From positions 19,851,657-19,915,656 of the forward strand of contig CM119266.1 in the NCBI GenBank assembly GCA_051294375.1: a stretch of DNA of 64,000 bases. Reading direction: 5' to 3'. Each line of letters opens with the position of its first letter. Positions within the stretch are counted from its first letter, which is position 1. The position numbers were made by a program, and so were the translations under genes. Below the pieces are notes generated by a model. It was not told where the DNA came from and made no database searches. It was given only the letters and a program-made list of their open reading frames with translations. Below are positions 1-11,650 of the stretch, one piece after another. This DNA is from Paraspadella gotoi (taxonomy: Eukaryota > Animalia > Chaetognatha).

Positions 1-299
1 TTAATATAGTCTTCGAAACTTCATCGTAGGAAACAGAACTCGCATCTAATACGGAAAAGATAAAAAAGATCACAATGAAAGTGACGCTCTGTTTAAAAGG
101 GCACGCCAACGACATCTGGCGGAGAGCGAAAAATATTTGAAGTCAGTTCGGTACAAAGACCAGATTATGACTAAAGAGGAATCAAGCATAGCTTGAGAGA
201 AAATGAGAATTACCGCGACAGCGATTTTAAGGAAGGAGAAGGAACGAACGAAGTTAACTTGGAATAAGTTAGTTTAGTTAATAGGTTAATAAGTTAATA

Positions 300-680
300 A
301 GTTAATAATTTAGTTCGTTTTTAGGTTTAAAGATTAAATTAAAGGTTAATTTAAGGATTAAGGTTAGAGACTAAGGTTTACGGTTTAAGGTTAGGGTTAA
401 GGTTTGGTTAGGGATTAGGGTTAGGAATTATAGTTTAGGTTTTCATGGTATAATCCTTTCTTTCGTTGTTTTTGAGAGAATAACAAAGTTTTGATTTAAT
501 TTGTACAACGATTTTATTTTTGTATCTTAGCAGACATGTTTCGGCTCATAAGGCTCATTAAGGCTCGAATTTATGAGCCGAAACATGTCTGCTAAGATAC
601 AAAAATAAAATTGTTGTACAAATTAAATCAAAACTTTGTTAGTTTAGGTTTTAAAACGAATTAGGGTTACGTTAGATAGT
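300..680 (+). repeat. Degenerate (TTAGG/TTAGGG)-like simple repeat tract, interrupted by the 444-639 insertion
   Basis: ggttagggttaaggtttggttagggattagggttagg at ~390-425; similar tracts at ~32545-32575 and ~51975-52035 suggest a dispersed repeat rather than a chromosome end. Confidence 0.6.
444..639. mobile_element. Inverted-repeat insertion, Penelope-like (inverted truncated pLTR plus tail)
   Basis: Arms 481-551 and 571-641 are reverse complements (71 bp, 1 mismatch) around a 19-nt spacer; 444-480 is an unpaired tail; direct repeat tagtttaggtttt at 431-443 and 640-652 (13-bp TSD); the + copy reads ggctc-gaatttat-gagcc-gaaacatgtc followed by AATAAA. Confidence 0.65.
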
Positions 681-1433
681 ATAGTTAAAATTAAAATAAT
701 GGATTGAGGAAAAGAGATCGGGTATTTTGGGAAAAAGATCCAAGACGTCTTTTGTTATAACCTTGGTATTCTAAAATTTGTCAAAATGGCGGGCAAGACT
801 TATTGTGTTTTTTTGTTTGTTTAATATTTTTATAAATAATATGCAAAAAATATTGTTATTTGAAAAAAGAATCAATGTCTTATTTTTTGACTGTATCAAG
901 CTGAAAATTTGTACAACTTTAAATTAACATATTATCTTATATTCGTTGATATTAATTCCTCTTGATGCGGCCTTTTTCGAATTATTATTACTCTCTGAAA
1001 ATTTCGTGGTAATCATTGTTCTTAGCCTCGTCAATCGAACTGGCGCCACCTTTTCTCTAAATTCGAGCTGCAATCAAGATTGGAGCGTCGAAGCGGAATT
1101 CACTTCGTTTCGCCGTCACGAGATTTAACGCGGTCTACCTGGATCGTGAGAGTGTGAGAAGCGAAGTGGCAGTTAGTTCTTGCGAGAGCATGCTCGCTAA
1201 GATAAAGGGTTCATCGAACTCGAAAAATTAAAAAAAAATAGTTTTCTCTCTTATGGATTCTGTGAAGAAGTGGTTCCTGTCGCTCGATCCTCGAATGATC
1301 TTCACTGAGCAGTGAGCACTGAGCAGACTGAGCGAGCATAACGAGGCAATTTTTAATAAATTGTGGTCAATTTTTTTTTTTTTTTTTGACAAAGTATTTT
1401 TACTTTTTCTCATCAGTGCCATAGTGAATTTGT

Positions 1434-1875
1434 TCATTTGGAGTCATTTTGGGACTTAATAGTTTCCTCTCGCCTGTCCTTCAGAATTTTATGTCTCCCG
1501 CTTGTCGCTTTACCGCTCCGTCGGCTCCCGGCACCTGTATTCGCCTCGATATCGCTTTCAGAATATATAATGTATAATATAATATAATATAATATAATGT
1601 AGCGATTATTAATTCGCAGGTGCTTCAAAAATAAACCTGTCACATCCAGCTTCGTCTGCTCGTCGACTGACGCCGCGGCAATCGCTCGGTTTGTCGGCTC
1701 GACACGACGCGTCTCTGGATTCATGATTTCTTCTGACGCATGGTTGTCTGTGCGGAAAAAAAATATTCGCAGCTGCGTTCGATGACTCGAGGCCGCGCCG
1801 GCCGCGGCTTCGTTTGACTGCCTCGGTTACAGCTGCAGCTTTATTCCTGTGCATCCGATTAAACGCTGCTTTCAT
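1434..1875 (-). CDS. Possible two-exon coding fragment of unknown function
   Basis: GC-richer than flanks; an 82-nt AT-rich GT-AG intron (1636-1555) joins ORF 1875-1637 in frame (phase 2) to 1554-1434, giving ...RRADEAGCDSDIEANTGAGSRRSGK...QNDSK*. No recognisable domain. Confidence 0.25.
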
Positions 1876-2287
1876 TTCGTATGTCTCAATTGCTCAAGAA
1901 CTGGCTCCTCCGTACATACGTGTAATTGACTTGTCTTAGCAGGGTTTAAATTGCCATAATTTATTCAACCGTCAGCAAGGTTGAAAGGTGAATAAGATAT
2001 TATAAAGAATTTTAGGATGCTAATAGTAGTTGGTTTTTTGTTTGGTTTTTTTTTTTTTTGTTTTTTTTTCGTTTCTTACAAGTTTTTTGAGTCTTTTGAT
2101 ATTTAGCGAGTTTTAATTTGGACTTAAAAATGATTGATTTTTTTTTTACTGAGAAAATATACTTCTTAACTTTTAAAAGTTTGTCACATGTATTGTAAAC
2201 TACACAATAGACACTTTTAAGTTTTAAAGGGGGTGGAGAAAACACCTGAGAGCCAAAGACAGACGGATGGAGCAAAAAGAGGCTCAA

Positions 2288-2332
<45 letters not shown>

Positions 2333-2335
2333 GAG

Positions 2336-2370
<35 letters not shown>

Positions 2371-3056
2371 TCTAGTCTGGCATTTCTCCGGCGTTGATGA
2401 TGATGTCAACGGGCTTCTTTTTTCCCTTGATTGAATTAGGCGCCACCCGGAACCCTCGAGGAGGAAGGGCGGATGCCGGTAGAACCACGTTTTGACATTG
2501 AAGGAGGGTGTTACGAGTTACGAGTGGAAAGGTGGTTTCTCTTTTTTTTTCGACGAGGGAAAGGAGGCGAATTCCACGATCTCACATAAAGGCCGGTCTA
2601 TCTGACGGGGGCAGAGTGATTTTGTCAATTCTGTACACTGTTGCTGGACGGAGGGCGAAATCCGGGCAGGTGGATGGTATAATAGTTGAAGAGAGGAACT
2701 AAGCGTCTCTCCTATTCTCCTATTCTCCTATTCTCCACATCAAATCCTATTTGAAAGTCGGCTCGGCCCCTACCTCTTGCCCCTCCCCCTCTCTCAATTT
2801 CAGCGTCAATTATTGCCGCTTAAACAAAAACAAAAACAAAAGGTGAATGACTTATTCCAAATCTTCCTTTTATATCGTGGTCTCTGCAGAGGGTTGGCGG
2901 GGGTGGGGAGAGTTGGATGTGGCTCGGATTCGTTCCTTTTGTGGCGTTGAATTTTCTCCCCTTGCATTAACCCTCTTTATCGACGCCAACTTTGTCTTCA
3001 CCCGTATAACCCTCTTTCCCGCCTTTTTCTCCTTTGACTCTTTTCCCTTTTGTTTT

Positions 3057-3420
3057 TAGTTGCGCCGCGAGTACTCGCCGAGCAACTCTATAAGTCACTG
3101 TCTATCGGTCGGTATGCCTGTCCGTCGGTCTGTCCCACTTACTTTAAAAACGTATATAATTTGCCTATGGTTGGTTGCTCATTTGTTACGACAGAAAAAA
3201 CCCTCAAATCTAAGGGACTGCTAGCGCCGGCTTCATGAATTCTTAAAACTATAAAGAATAAAAGACAAAATTTTGATGCAGAGTATGTCATAAATACACG
3301 GGCAAAGAAAGTTTGTTCGTCATATCATGTCATTTCAATTCATATGTGATCAAAGAGGAATACACTTGAATATAAAGTCACTGCGGCGCAACACATTGGA
3401 ATTACCGTTCGTGTTTGTTT
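3057..3420 (+). mobile_element. Helentron/DINE-1-like non-autonomous element (HINE), family A
   Basis: Subterminal inverted repeats gttgcgccgc (3059-3068) and gcggcgcaac (3383-3392), (tcgg/tctg/tccg)-like microsatellite behind the 5' end, T-rich flanks; same termini at 58493-59035. Confidence 0.6.
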
Positions 3421-3669
3421 TTTCGTTACCACTTTTTTGAACGTTCTCCCTCATCAAAATTTTTCTTATAACTATATCCAAGAATATTTGGGCTTTCTTT
3501 TAAATTCAAAGGCCATGATCAGCATGATTGTTAGAGTGATGTGAAAATAATAAAATTTTCCAGTTTAATTACCAACTTTTCTACTCGCACATTAAATTTT
3601 AGACAAATTGTCCCATTCAAAAAGCGATAAAAAGACCTGGAATTAGATTCGGCATAAATCATGACATAC

Positions 3670-3842
3670 TAAGTCATTTTAATTAATACTTGGCAGATTG
3701 GTAAGGTATAAATAATAAGTCATTTTAATTAATACTTGGCAGATTGATAAGGTATAAATAATAAGTCATTTTAATTTATACTTGGCAGATTGGTAAGGTA
3801 TAAATAATAAGTCATTTAAATTTATACTTGGCAGAATCGGTA
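3670..3842 (+). repeat. 46-bp minisatellite, ~3.7 copies
   Basis: Unit taagtcattttaattaatacttggcagattggtaaggtataaataa starting at 3670, 3716, 3762, 3808. Confidence 0.9.
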
Positions 3843-5353
3843 GGATAGGGTCTAATAAGGAAATGTCTTCCTTGTGCTTATGGTTTCTTATTTCTTCTCC
3901 TCCCGTACGTGTCCTGCTCTCTCTCTCTCTCTCTCTCTCTCTCATACATATTCAAATAATCATTGATCAAGTGTTTTCACTCACACTTCCTCGATCTTTA
4001 CACATTTTTTTCTTCCTTTCACGTTCTATCTTCCTTACTGCCCCGCATCCCATCGCGAATTTGATCCCGATTTCAATCCCTTGCTTTCCCCATCCCCCTA
4101 ATCCTTTTCAGGTGACCACCAACGTAATTTTCTACCCGTTACCCGCGAGAGTTCAAATTTTCTTCATCGGTCGCCGATCGCTTCGATCCGCGCCTCCAAA
4201 TCAATCTTTCCTTTTTCCCTTTTTCATTTCCGAACCCAAGAAGCAGAATTGGTTCCAGCCGACTTCAGTTTGAGTCAGCCGAGTCGACAAACCAAACCAA
4301 TCCAACTCTCGAAGCAACGTTACCTAACGAGCAAAAACCAAGGCGATCAAACCGAAGATGTAAATCTATGGAAACATGTGTGATGCCCGGGGTGAGTGGC
4401 ATCTGTCGACAGGTCTTTGGACCTGCATTGACTACCCCATGTCATGTTTTTATGCCGACACGATCACACTTTAACCAGCGTGACCGTACGGGGATTGAAG
4501 CTGAAAATCACGGTTAATGAACGAGTACTAAGCTGAGTTTCAATAAGCTATACGGGAAGCGAACTTAGGATTCGCCACAAAACTAACAATAGTTCGAAAG
4601 TCTCACTCTCTCACTTACAACAATCTCCACTCTGTCTGTAAGCGTAATTTTACTCGTAATGGTGATATTCATCTCACAGCAAATGGCGATTGTTGATGGA
4701 GATTTATCCCAAACTATGCCTGCGTCTTATTTTCGCGTTGCGTCTCACGCAGCCAACTTCCCCGACTTTTCCTCTTGACTTTACTACATCTCGCCTTTTA
4801 TTTCGTCGTTTTTGTCATCGTCTCGTCGTTGTCGTCGTATTAGTCGTTGTTGTCGTCGGTGGCGTCGTCCTCTTCAATCCACGCCCACATGTCGCAGAAA
4901 CTGTCACTACGGTTCGAAAGGGTCAATTTGGAAAGGAAACGCTCCTAGGGGCATACTAAACTAGATTTCGTAATGTCAATATCAATATATATTGTATTAA
5001 ATTTTAATTTGAACGTATATTGTGGTTCTTAGTAACTTACTAACTTAGGCTAACAGAAAAAAAAAATTTCAAAACATCCAACTCGACTACCGTAGTGTAA
5101 AATGGCGGGAGAAAGCTACCGCTGTTCTCTTCTGCCAGGTAACAACTTGAGACCCAAAAAAAGGTGTTTCCCCCCCACTGTAGTTTTTGAAGGAACAGGG
5201 CGGAAAAAGAGAAGAGAGGAAAAGCGGAAGGGTGGAAGAAACTATGCAAGGAAGCTGGGGTGTGGGAGGTATGAAATATTAGGGGAGGAATTATAAAAAG
5301 GGAGGGGGAAAAGCGAAAAAAGCGTCGAAAAGGGAAAAGCGAAAAAGAAAATG

Positions 5354-5446
<93 letters not shown>

Positions 5447-6311
5447 GTAGGAGTTTTCGCCCAGTATTCATTCCCGGGTTCATCGGCCAATCGGCCAGCT
5501 TCTGGAGTTGAATGCGGTCGAATAGACAGTAGAAAACTACAAAATTTAAACTACATTTGAATGATGTATTTTGTTATTGCCAAGGGATTCTTTAGAAAAA
5601 AGGGACACAGTCCTGCCAATACTTGCTGTACTATAAAGATTTCTGCATAGTTTTAGTATTGGCCCTTTTCAGCATCTATTCGACTAAAGGATCCCTTTAG
5701 GACGTCTGATACTGTTCCAGGTCAAGTGTTAATCATTTCTATTTCTATATTCTATCGGCGAAGCTAGCCGCAACCGACATCAAAGGATATTACTCTCTGT
5801 GTTCACGTATCTTACTGGGCTCAAGTAATGTTAGCGAAATAGAAATGAAATTAATATGGCTATCTTGGTCTAGAGTGCGCTTTCGGTGCACAAACTATCT
5901 GTGTCCATTTTTTTCAGAAAGAGGGAAATAAAAGATTTATTGGAAAGGGATGTGAACTATTAAAATGAAAATGAAAAGGAGTGAATCTGAAAGAAATATA
6001 GTATTACGTGGCGTGTAGAGAAAGGATGGACAGAAGATATATGAAATATAAGAAAGAAAAAGATAATTTTATGACGGACTTGGGACGAAATTAGTCATTA
6101 AACTCATTAAAATGTGAGGTCAAAAACATCATCATCATTGATGATTATTCATTTTTTTATCTTTGGAAGAAACTTTAACATTATTTACATTACAGAACTC
6201 ATATGTTTTAGATGTATAAGGAAAAAGGATAATAATAACAATAATAAAATAATAAAAATAAAATTTATAATTATTATTTATATAATTTTTAATGATTTAT
6301 AATTTATTATT

Positions 6312-6381
<70 letters not shown>

Positions 6382-6487
6382 GAAGTAAAAGATAGTGCAG
6401 GGGTTTAGAGAGTATTGATGTGAAATCGATATGAGGAAAGGAGGAAAGGAGAAAAGAAAAAAGAAAAAAGAAAAAGGATTTGAGGAG

Positions 6488-6793
6488 AATTATGAGCTGC
6501 GTCTTTGTTGAGTCTAGATTTTTTTTGTGTGTGAGACTCAGGAGCCGAAATCGTGAGGAAGATCAACATTTGATTTCCTGACGTGAGAAGAAAATAGACG
6601 ATGCGTGTGGTATATTTGTATGAGTGTNNNNNNNNNNNNNNNNNNNNNNNNNAATTATGAGCTGCGTCTTTGTTGAGTCTAGATTTTTTTTTGTGTGTGA
6701 GACTCAGGAGCCGAAATCCGTGAGGAAGATCAACATTTGATTTCCTGACGTGAGAAGAAAATAGACGATGCGTGTGTATATTTGTAATGAGTG
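6488..6793. other. ~140-bp direct duplication flanking a 25-N gap (likely assembly overlap artefact)
   Basis: 6488-6627 is repeated at 6653-6793 with small indels; gap 6628-6652 is exactly 25 N. Confidence 0.85.
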
Positions 6794-6820
6794 TGTGTGT
6801 GAGTGTGTGATAGTGTGTGT

Positions 6821-6852
<32 letters not shown>

Positions 6853-7084
6853 AGACTTGTTAGTCCGTCCAAAATAATTGGATTATTTTAATATTGGTTG
6901 TTCAAATTTCATTCAATAGTATTGTATTACATTTTGATGCTAGTGCAGGGTATAATATAGTATTTCCTGATTTAATACTAAAGGGAGTGATCCTTTTATA
7001 CAATTAAAGCTTTTTTAAATTATTATACACTTCATTGAAAGGGAAGCCAGGTACTCTTGGAGAGAATAAACCATACTGTGAGAG

Positions 7085-7240
7085 ATTGAAAGCTTGCAGG
7101 TTTCTGTTACATTCCGCGACGCTATTCTATATCTTGAAAGAGGGAGGCCGTAATTCACAATAGCACGTCCAAAGTTGACAAAGATAGCTTATTTAATATT
7201 TATGAAATGAATGGATAATTTTTATATTGGTTGTAGCAAT
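7085..7240 (+). repeat. Dispersed repeat family B (unclassified)
   Basis: gattgaaagcttgc...ccaaagt...cttattt(att)aaatgaat...tttatattggttgta; further copies at ~27120-27260, ~51438-51590, ~63875-64000 and fragments at ~6870-6910 and ~7325-7370. Confidence 0.7.
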
Positions 7241-8127
7241 TCAGTAAGTGTCAGCTACCCCATCTAATACATTAGAGAGTGGTCCTTTTATAGTGAAGTT
7301 GGCCTTAACCCACCATAGACTTTCCTTATTTATTAAATGAATCGATTATTTGTTTGTTCCAATTTCATTCATGTTGAAATATGTAACATTAACATAAAAG
7401 CGGAGGCTTGGGTTTTTATTACTATAGCAACTCTTAAAATGAACATCTTTTATCTTTTTGAATTATAAATAAGTATATCAGATGTGTGACGCAGTATTTA
7501 TAAAAAAGAATAAAAGTTTTTACAAATATGAAAAATAGATAGGTAGTAAAAGAAAATACTTTTGAAATAAAACGTAGTGGATAAGAAAGCTTATATAAAT
7601 ATAATATAAATGAAGAAAATTTTAAATCGGAAAAGTTAAAAAATTATCAAATTAATTATAAAGTTTTAGGATAAAGAGTAATAGTAATCATCCAGTTGAC
7701 GAGGACCAAACAACGACGATGACAACACTGCCAAGTATTTCGTAATGAAGGAGGCGTGGAATGGGCGGAGAGAGGAGGGAAGAAGGAGGTTCACATTACA
7801 AAGCGGAAACAGCAACGACGACGACGACGACGACAAGGACGAATCCCAATGCCACCCTCTCTCTCTCTCTCTCTCTCTCTTTCTCATTCTCTCTCTCTCT
7901 CTCCATCTCGCTCTTGGCCTGGATTCAAAGGGAATTCCCATCAGGAATCTTCCGTTTTAAAACTTACCTGAGAAGTTAAATGAGTCTGCGGGTGGATAAG
8001 AGCTAAAATTAGAAATTCATGAGCCTCGCAGATAAAAGCGAGAGACCAACGTAGGCAGTGCAATTTTGGTCTTTAATCAATTAGTCAATTGAAAACTGGG
8101 GGTTGAAGATGTGTTCGTGTTTAGCGC

Positions 8128-8188
<61 letters not shown>

Positions 8189-8418
8189 TTTTCTTTCTTT
8201 CTTTTCTCCGAATGTATGTTGAAGAATGTTCTTAGGTTCTCATAATGTTCGTGATTTCGCGAATAACCGCTCTTCAATCTGAGTCGGTGAATTATTAAAA
8301 AGCAATTCTCCACTTTTTTTATGAAAAAGAAAAGATACAGAAGAAAAAAAACGATTGAAAGAGGATGAAGGTAGAGAAAGAAAGAAAGAAAGAAAGAAAT
8401 AAAGAAAGAAAGAAAGAT

Positions 8419-8449
<31 letters not shown>

Positions 8450-8567
8450 GACACTATTTCCTTGTTTATATCTAAACTCCCAAATGCACTGATCAAGATT
8501 CTTTTTTGTTTTCTCCCCGGAAAACGTTTTGGTCCTACATGGAGCGCGATTTTACCTCGGTTTGTGC

Positions 8568-9295
8568 CCATCCCTAATATCCTTCCTTCATCAATCGTTA
8601 TAACTCATCCCCTAATAACCTTTCTTCATGGAGGCCGATGACCTCTTTCTCACCCTATATCCTTACCTTCATTCGTTCTCATCCTAATCGTATAACCTTA
8701 CTTCATGGAGCTTGATGACTCGTTCTCATCCCTAATTATCCTTCCTCTTCCATTCGTTCTCATCCACTAATAGGACCTTTCTTCATGGAGCCATGACTCG
8801 GTTCTCACCCTAAAATCCTTTCTCATGGAGCCGATGACCTCCGTTCTCATCCCTAATATCCTACCTTCATTCGTTCTCATCCCTAAAATACACTTACTTC
8901 CACAGGAGCTGATGACTCGTTCCATCCCCTAAGATATACCTTTCCTTTCTATCGTTCTCCATCCCTAATAACCTTACTTCATAGGAGCCGATACTCGTTC
9001 TCATCCCTAATATCAACTTCCTTCATGGAAGCACGATGCTCGTCTCATCCTAAAATATCCTTCTTCATCCGAATCGTTCTTATCCCTAAATAGTTTTTAC
9101 TTCAATGGAGCTGGACGGAACTCCCGTTCTCTAATTCGGGTTGAAATGATCCTTGCTTCATTGGAGCATGCGATGTACTTCCGTTCTTATCCCTAATATT
9201 TTTACTTCATGGAGCTGACGACTCGTTCTCATCCCTAATATCCTTCCTTCATGGAGCCGATGACTCGTTCTTATCCCTAATATCCTTCCTTCATT
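8568..9295 (+). repeat. ~42-bp degenerate minisatellite
   Basis: Unit catccctaatatccttccttcatggagccgatgactcgttct, plus shorter variants lacking the ggagccgatgac part; many small indels. Confidence 0.85.
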
Positions 9296-10039
9296 CCTCT
9301 CTACCTCATTTCCCTATTTTTTAGCCGATGATTCATCTGCAAATCATTTTATATATTTATCAAGATCCTGGACCCTAAAATCTATATTTCATTTCGATCC
9401 CGGTTACTCCTCGGTGGATTTAGACCCCGGTCTCTTTCACAAGATAAAAACAACATCTTTTTTCATCAAGTATATGAATTAACAGGACAGATTAAATTAG
9501 CCTCTGATCAATGAAGTGGTATAAACTTTATCTTTAAAATTAAAAGCTTTAATTCTTCTTCTTCTTCTTCTTCTTCTTCTTCTTCTTCTTCTTCTTCTTC
9601 TTCTTCTTCTTCTTCAGCCATACACTCGTCTCAGCTCGAACCTGCCAGAAAAAGTCTTCCGTTGCCAAGAGGAAATTCCTTCAGGCGACAACAAAGTAGA
9701 GATTTTAATTATTAATACAGAAATCCGAGAGAAACTAACGACGAGGTTTTTCAAACGACGACGACGACGACGANNNNNNNNNNNNNNNNNNNNNNNNNNN
9801 NNNNNNNNNNNNNNNNNNNNNNNNNNNNNNNNNNNNNNNNNNNNNNNNNNNNNNNNNNNNNNNNNNNNNNNNNNNNNNNNNNNNNNNNNNNNNNNNNNNN
9901 NNNNNNNNNNNNNNNNNNNNNNNNNNNNNNNNNNNNNNNNNNNNNNNNNNNNNNNNNNNNNNNNNNNNNNNNNNNNNNNNNNNNNNNNNNNNNNNNNNNN
10001 NNNNNNNNNNNNNNNNNNNNNNNNNNNNNNNNNNNNNNN

Positions 10040-10270
10040 TCTGTTACCTGACGACCTTAGCCGATGATGTCCATCTGTTAACTGGCAACCTTGGCCGATG
10101 TTCATCTGTTACCTGGCAAACTTAGCCGATGTCCATCTGTTACCTGACGACCTTTGCCAATGTTCATCTGTTACCTGACGATCTTTACCGATGTCCATCT
10201 GTTACCTGACGTCCTTTGCCGATGTTCATCTGTTACCTGACGACCTTTGCCGATGTTCATCTGTTATCTG
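10040..10270 (+). repeat. ~30-31-bp minisatellite next to an N gap
   Basis: Unit tctgttacctgacgacctttgccgatgttca, ~7 copies. Confidence 0.9.
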
Positions 10271-10885
10271 CTTCGTTCGCTCTGTCAACTCTTTCCGTTT
10301 TCAACCGATTTTGTCCACAAGTCTCCAAAATTAAAGAGTCCGTCTTTTCGTCAATAAATACTCCTACATTCGCTGCCAATCACAATCACTGCTCGTCTCT
10401 CACGTTCACTGTCATTAACCATGCTTCACCGCGCGCGCCATTCAAACTCATTCACCTTTGGGAAATCTNNNNNNNNNNNNNNNNNNNNNNNNNNNNNNNN
10501 NNNNNNNNNNNNNNNNNNNNNNNNNNNNNNNNNNNNNNNNNNNNNNNNNNNNNNNNNNNNNNNNNNNNNNNNNNNNNNNNNNNNNNNNNNNNNNNNNNNN
10601 NNNNNNNNNNNNNNNNNNNNNNNNNNNNNNNNNNNNNNNNNNNNNNNNNNNNNNNNNNNNNNNNNNNNNNNNNNNNNNNNNNNNNNNNNNNNNNNNNNNN
10701 NNNNNNNNNNNNNNNNNNNNNNNNNNNNNNNNNNNNNNNNNNNNNNNNNNNNNNNNNNNNNNNNNNNNNNNNNNNNNNNNNNNNNNNNNNNNNNNNAGAA
10801 TGATTTTAAATAGAAGGAAAAAGCGGGAAAGAGAAGAAGCAGCGAGCGGCGTCTTGGAGTGAATATTCATTACCTGTCAAACCCC

Positions 10886-10918
<33 letters not shown>

Positions 10919-11414
10919 NNNNNNNNNNNNNNNNNNNNNNNNNNNNNNNNNNNNNNNNNNNNNNNNNNNNNNNNNNNNNNNNNNNNNNNNNNNNNNNNNN
11001 NNNNNNNNNNNNNNNNNNNNNNNNNNNNNNNNNNNNNNNNNNNNNNNNNNNNNNNNNNNNNNNNNNNNNNNNNNNNNNNNNNNNNCTTTTTTTTTGGTCA
11101 CGAGCGAATGGGCAACAATGACTCTTTTCTTATTCTTCTCAGCGTAGAAATTAGGATTTGTGGCAACGATCCAGACAAAAAAATATTATTTGAAATATTA
11201 TTAACAGTCATTAACATCTTAAGTCAACAGTATTTATCGCGTTGTGCAGAAAGATTGCCTTAGTGATTTAGAAATAAAATTTAACTTTTATCAAATTGAT
11301 CGAACAAATAAGTTATAAATTTGTTTTTCATTGATTATTAACCGTTAATTTTTAATCTGTTCAAACTGCCTATCAGTAGTATTGAAAAGTAATTGTAATT
11401 GTAATTTGAGCATT

Positions 11415-11650
11415 GCTTGATGCTAGATTCTTTTTTCTACCGCTTCATTCTTTCTGATTGATGGTTGTTGCTTTTTTCTACCGCTTCATTCTCTCTGCTT
11501 GATGCTTTTTTCTACCGCTTCATTCTCTCTGCTTGATGCTTGATGGTTTTTTCTACCGCTTCATTCTCTATGCTTGATGCTTGATGCTTTTATCTACCGC
11601 TTCATTCTCTCTGCTTGATGCTTTTTTTCTACCGCTTCATTCTCTCTGTC
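11415..11650 (+). repeat. 33-40-bp minisatellite
   Basis: Unit tttttctaccgcttcattctctctgcttgatgc with optional extra ttgatgc, ~6 copies. Confidence 0.9.

Noticed and set aside
340-445. Telomere
   Set aside because: The TTAGG(G)-like units are highly degenerate, internal, and recur elsewhere in the window as dispersed tracts.
5040-5490. Long ORFs rich in LS/RE/FL/KKER (also 8077, 12811, 15742, 35468, 48411, 55827, 61348-62245 and others)
   Set aside because: They are translations of (GA)n, (GAAA)n and other purine/pyrimidine tracts that lack stop codons by composition.
8568-9295. Satellite with CTGATGA as a hammerhead array or CRISPR-like array
   Set aside because: No GAAA core or stem II/III geometry; units are contiguous with no unique spacers; eukaryotic context with no cas genes.
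9614-11263. ORFs spanning N runs (also 63058-63452)
   Set aside because: Open only because unknown bases were translated as X.
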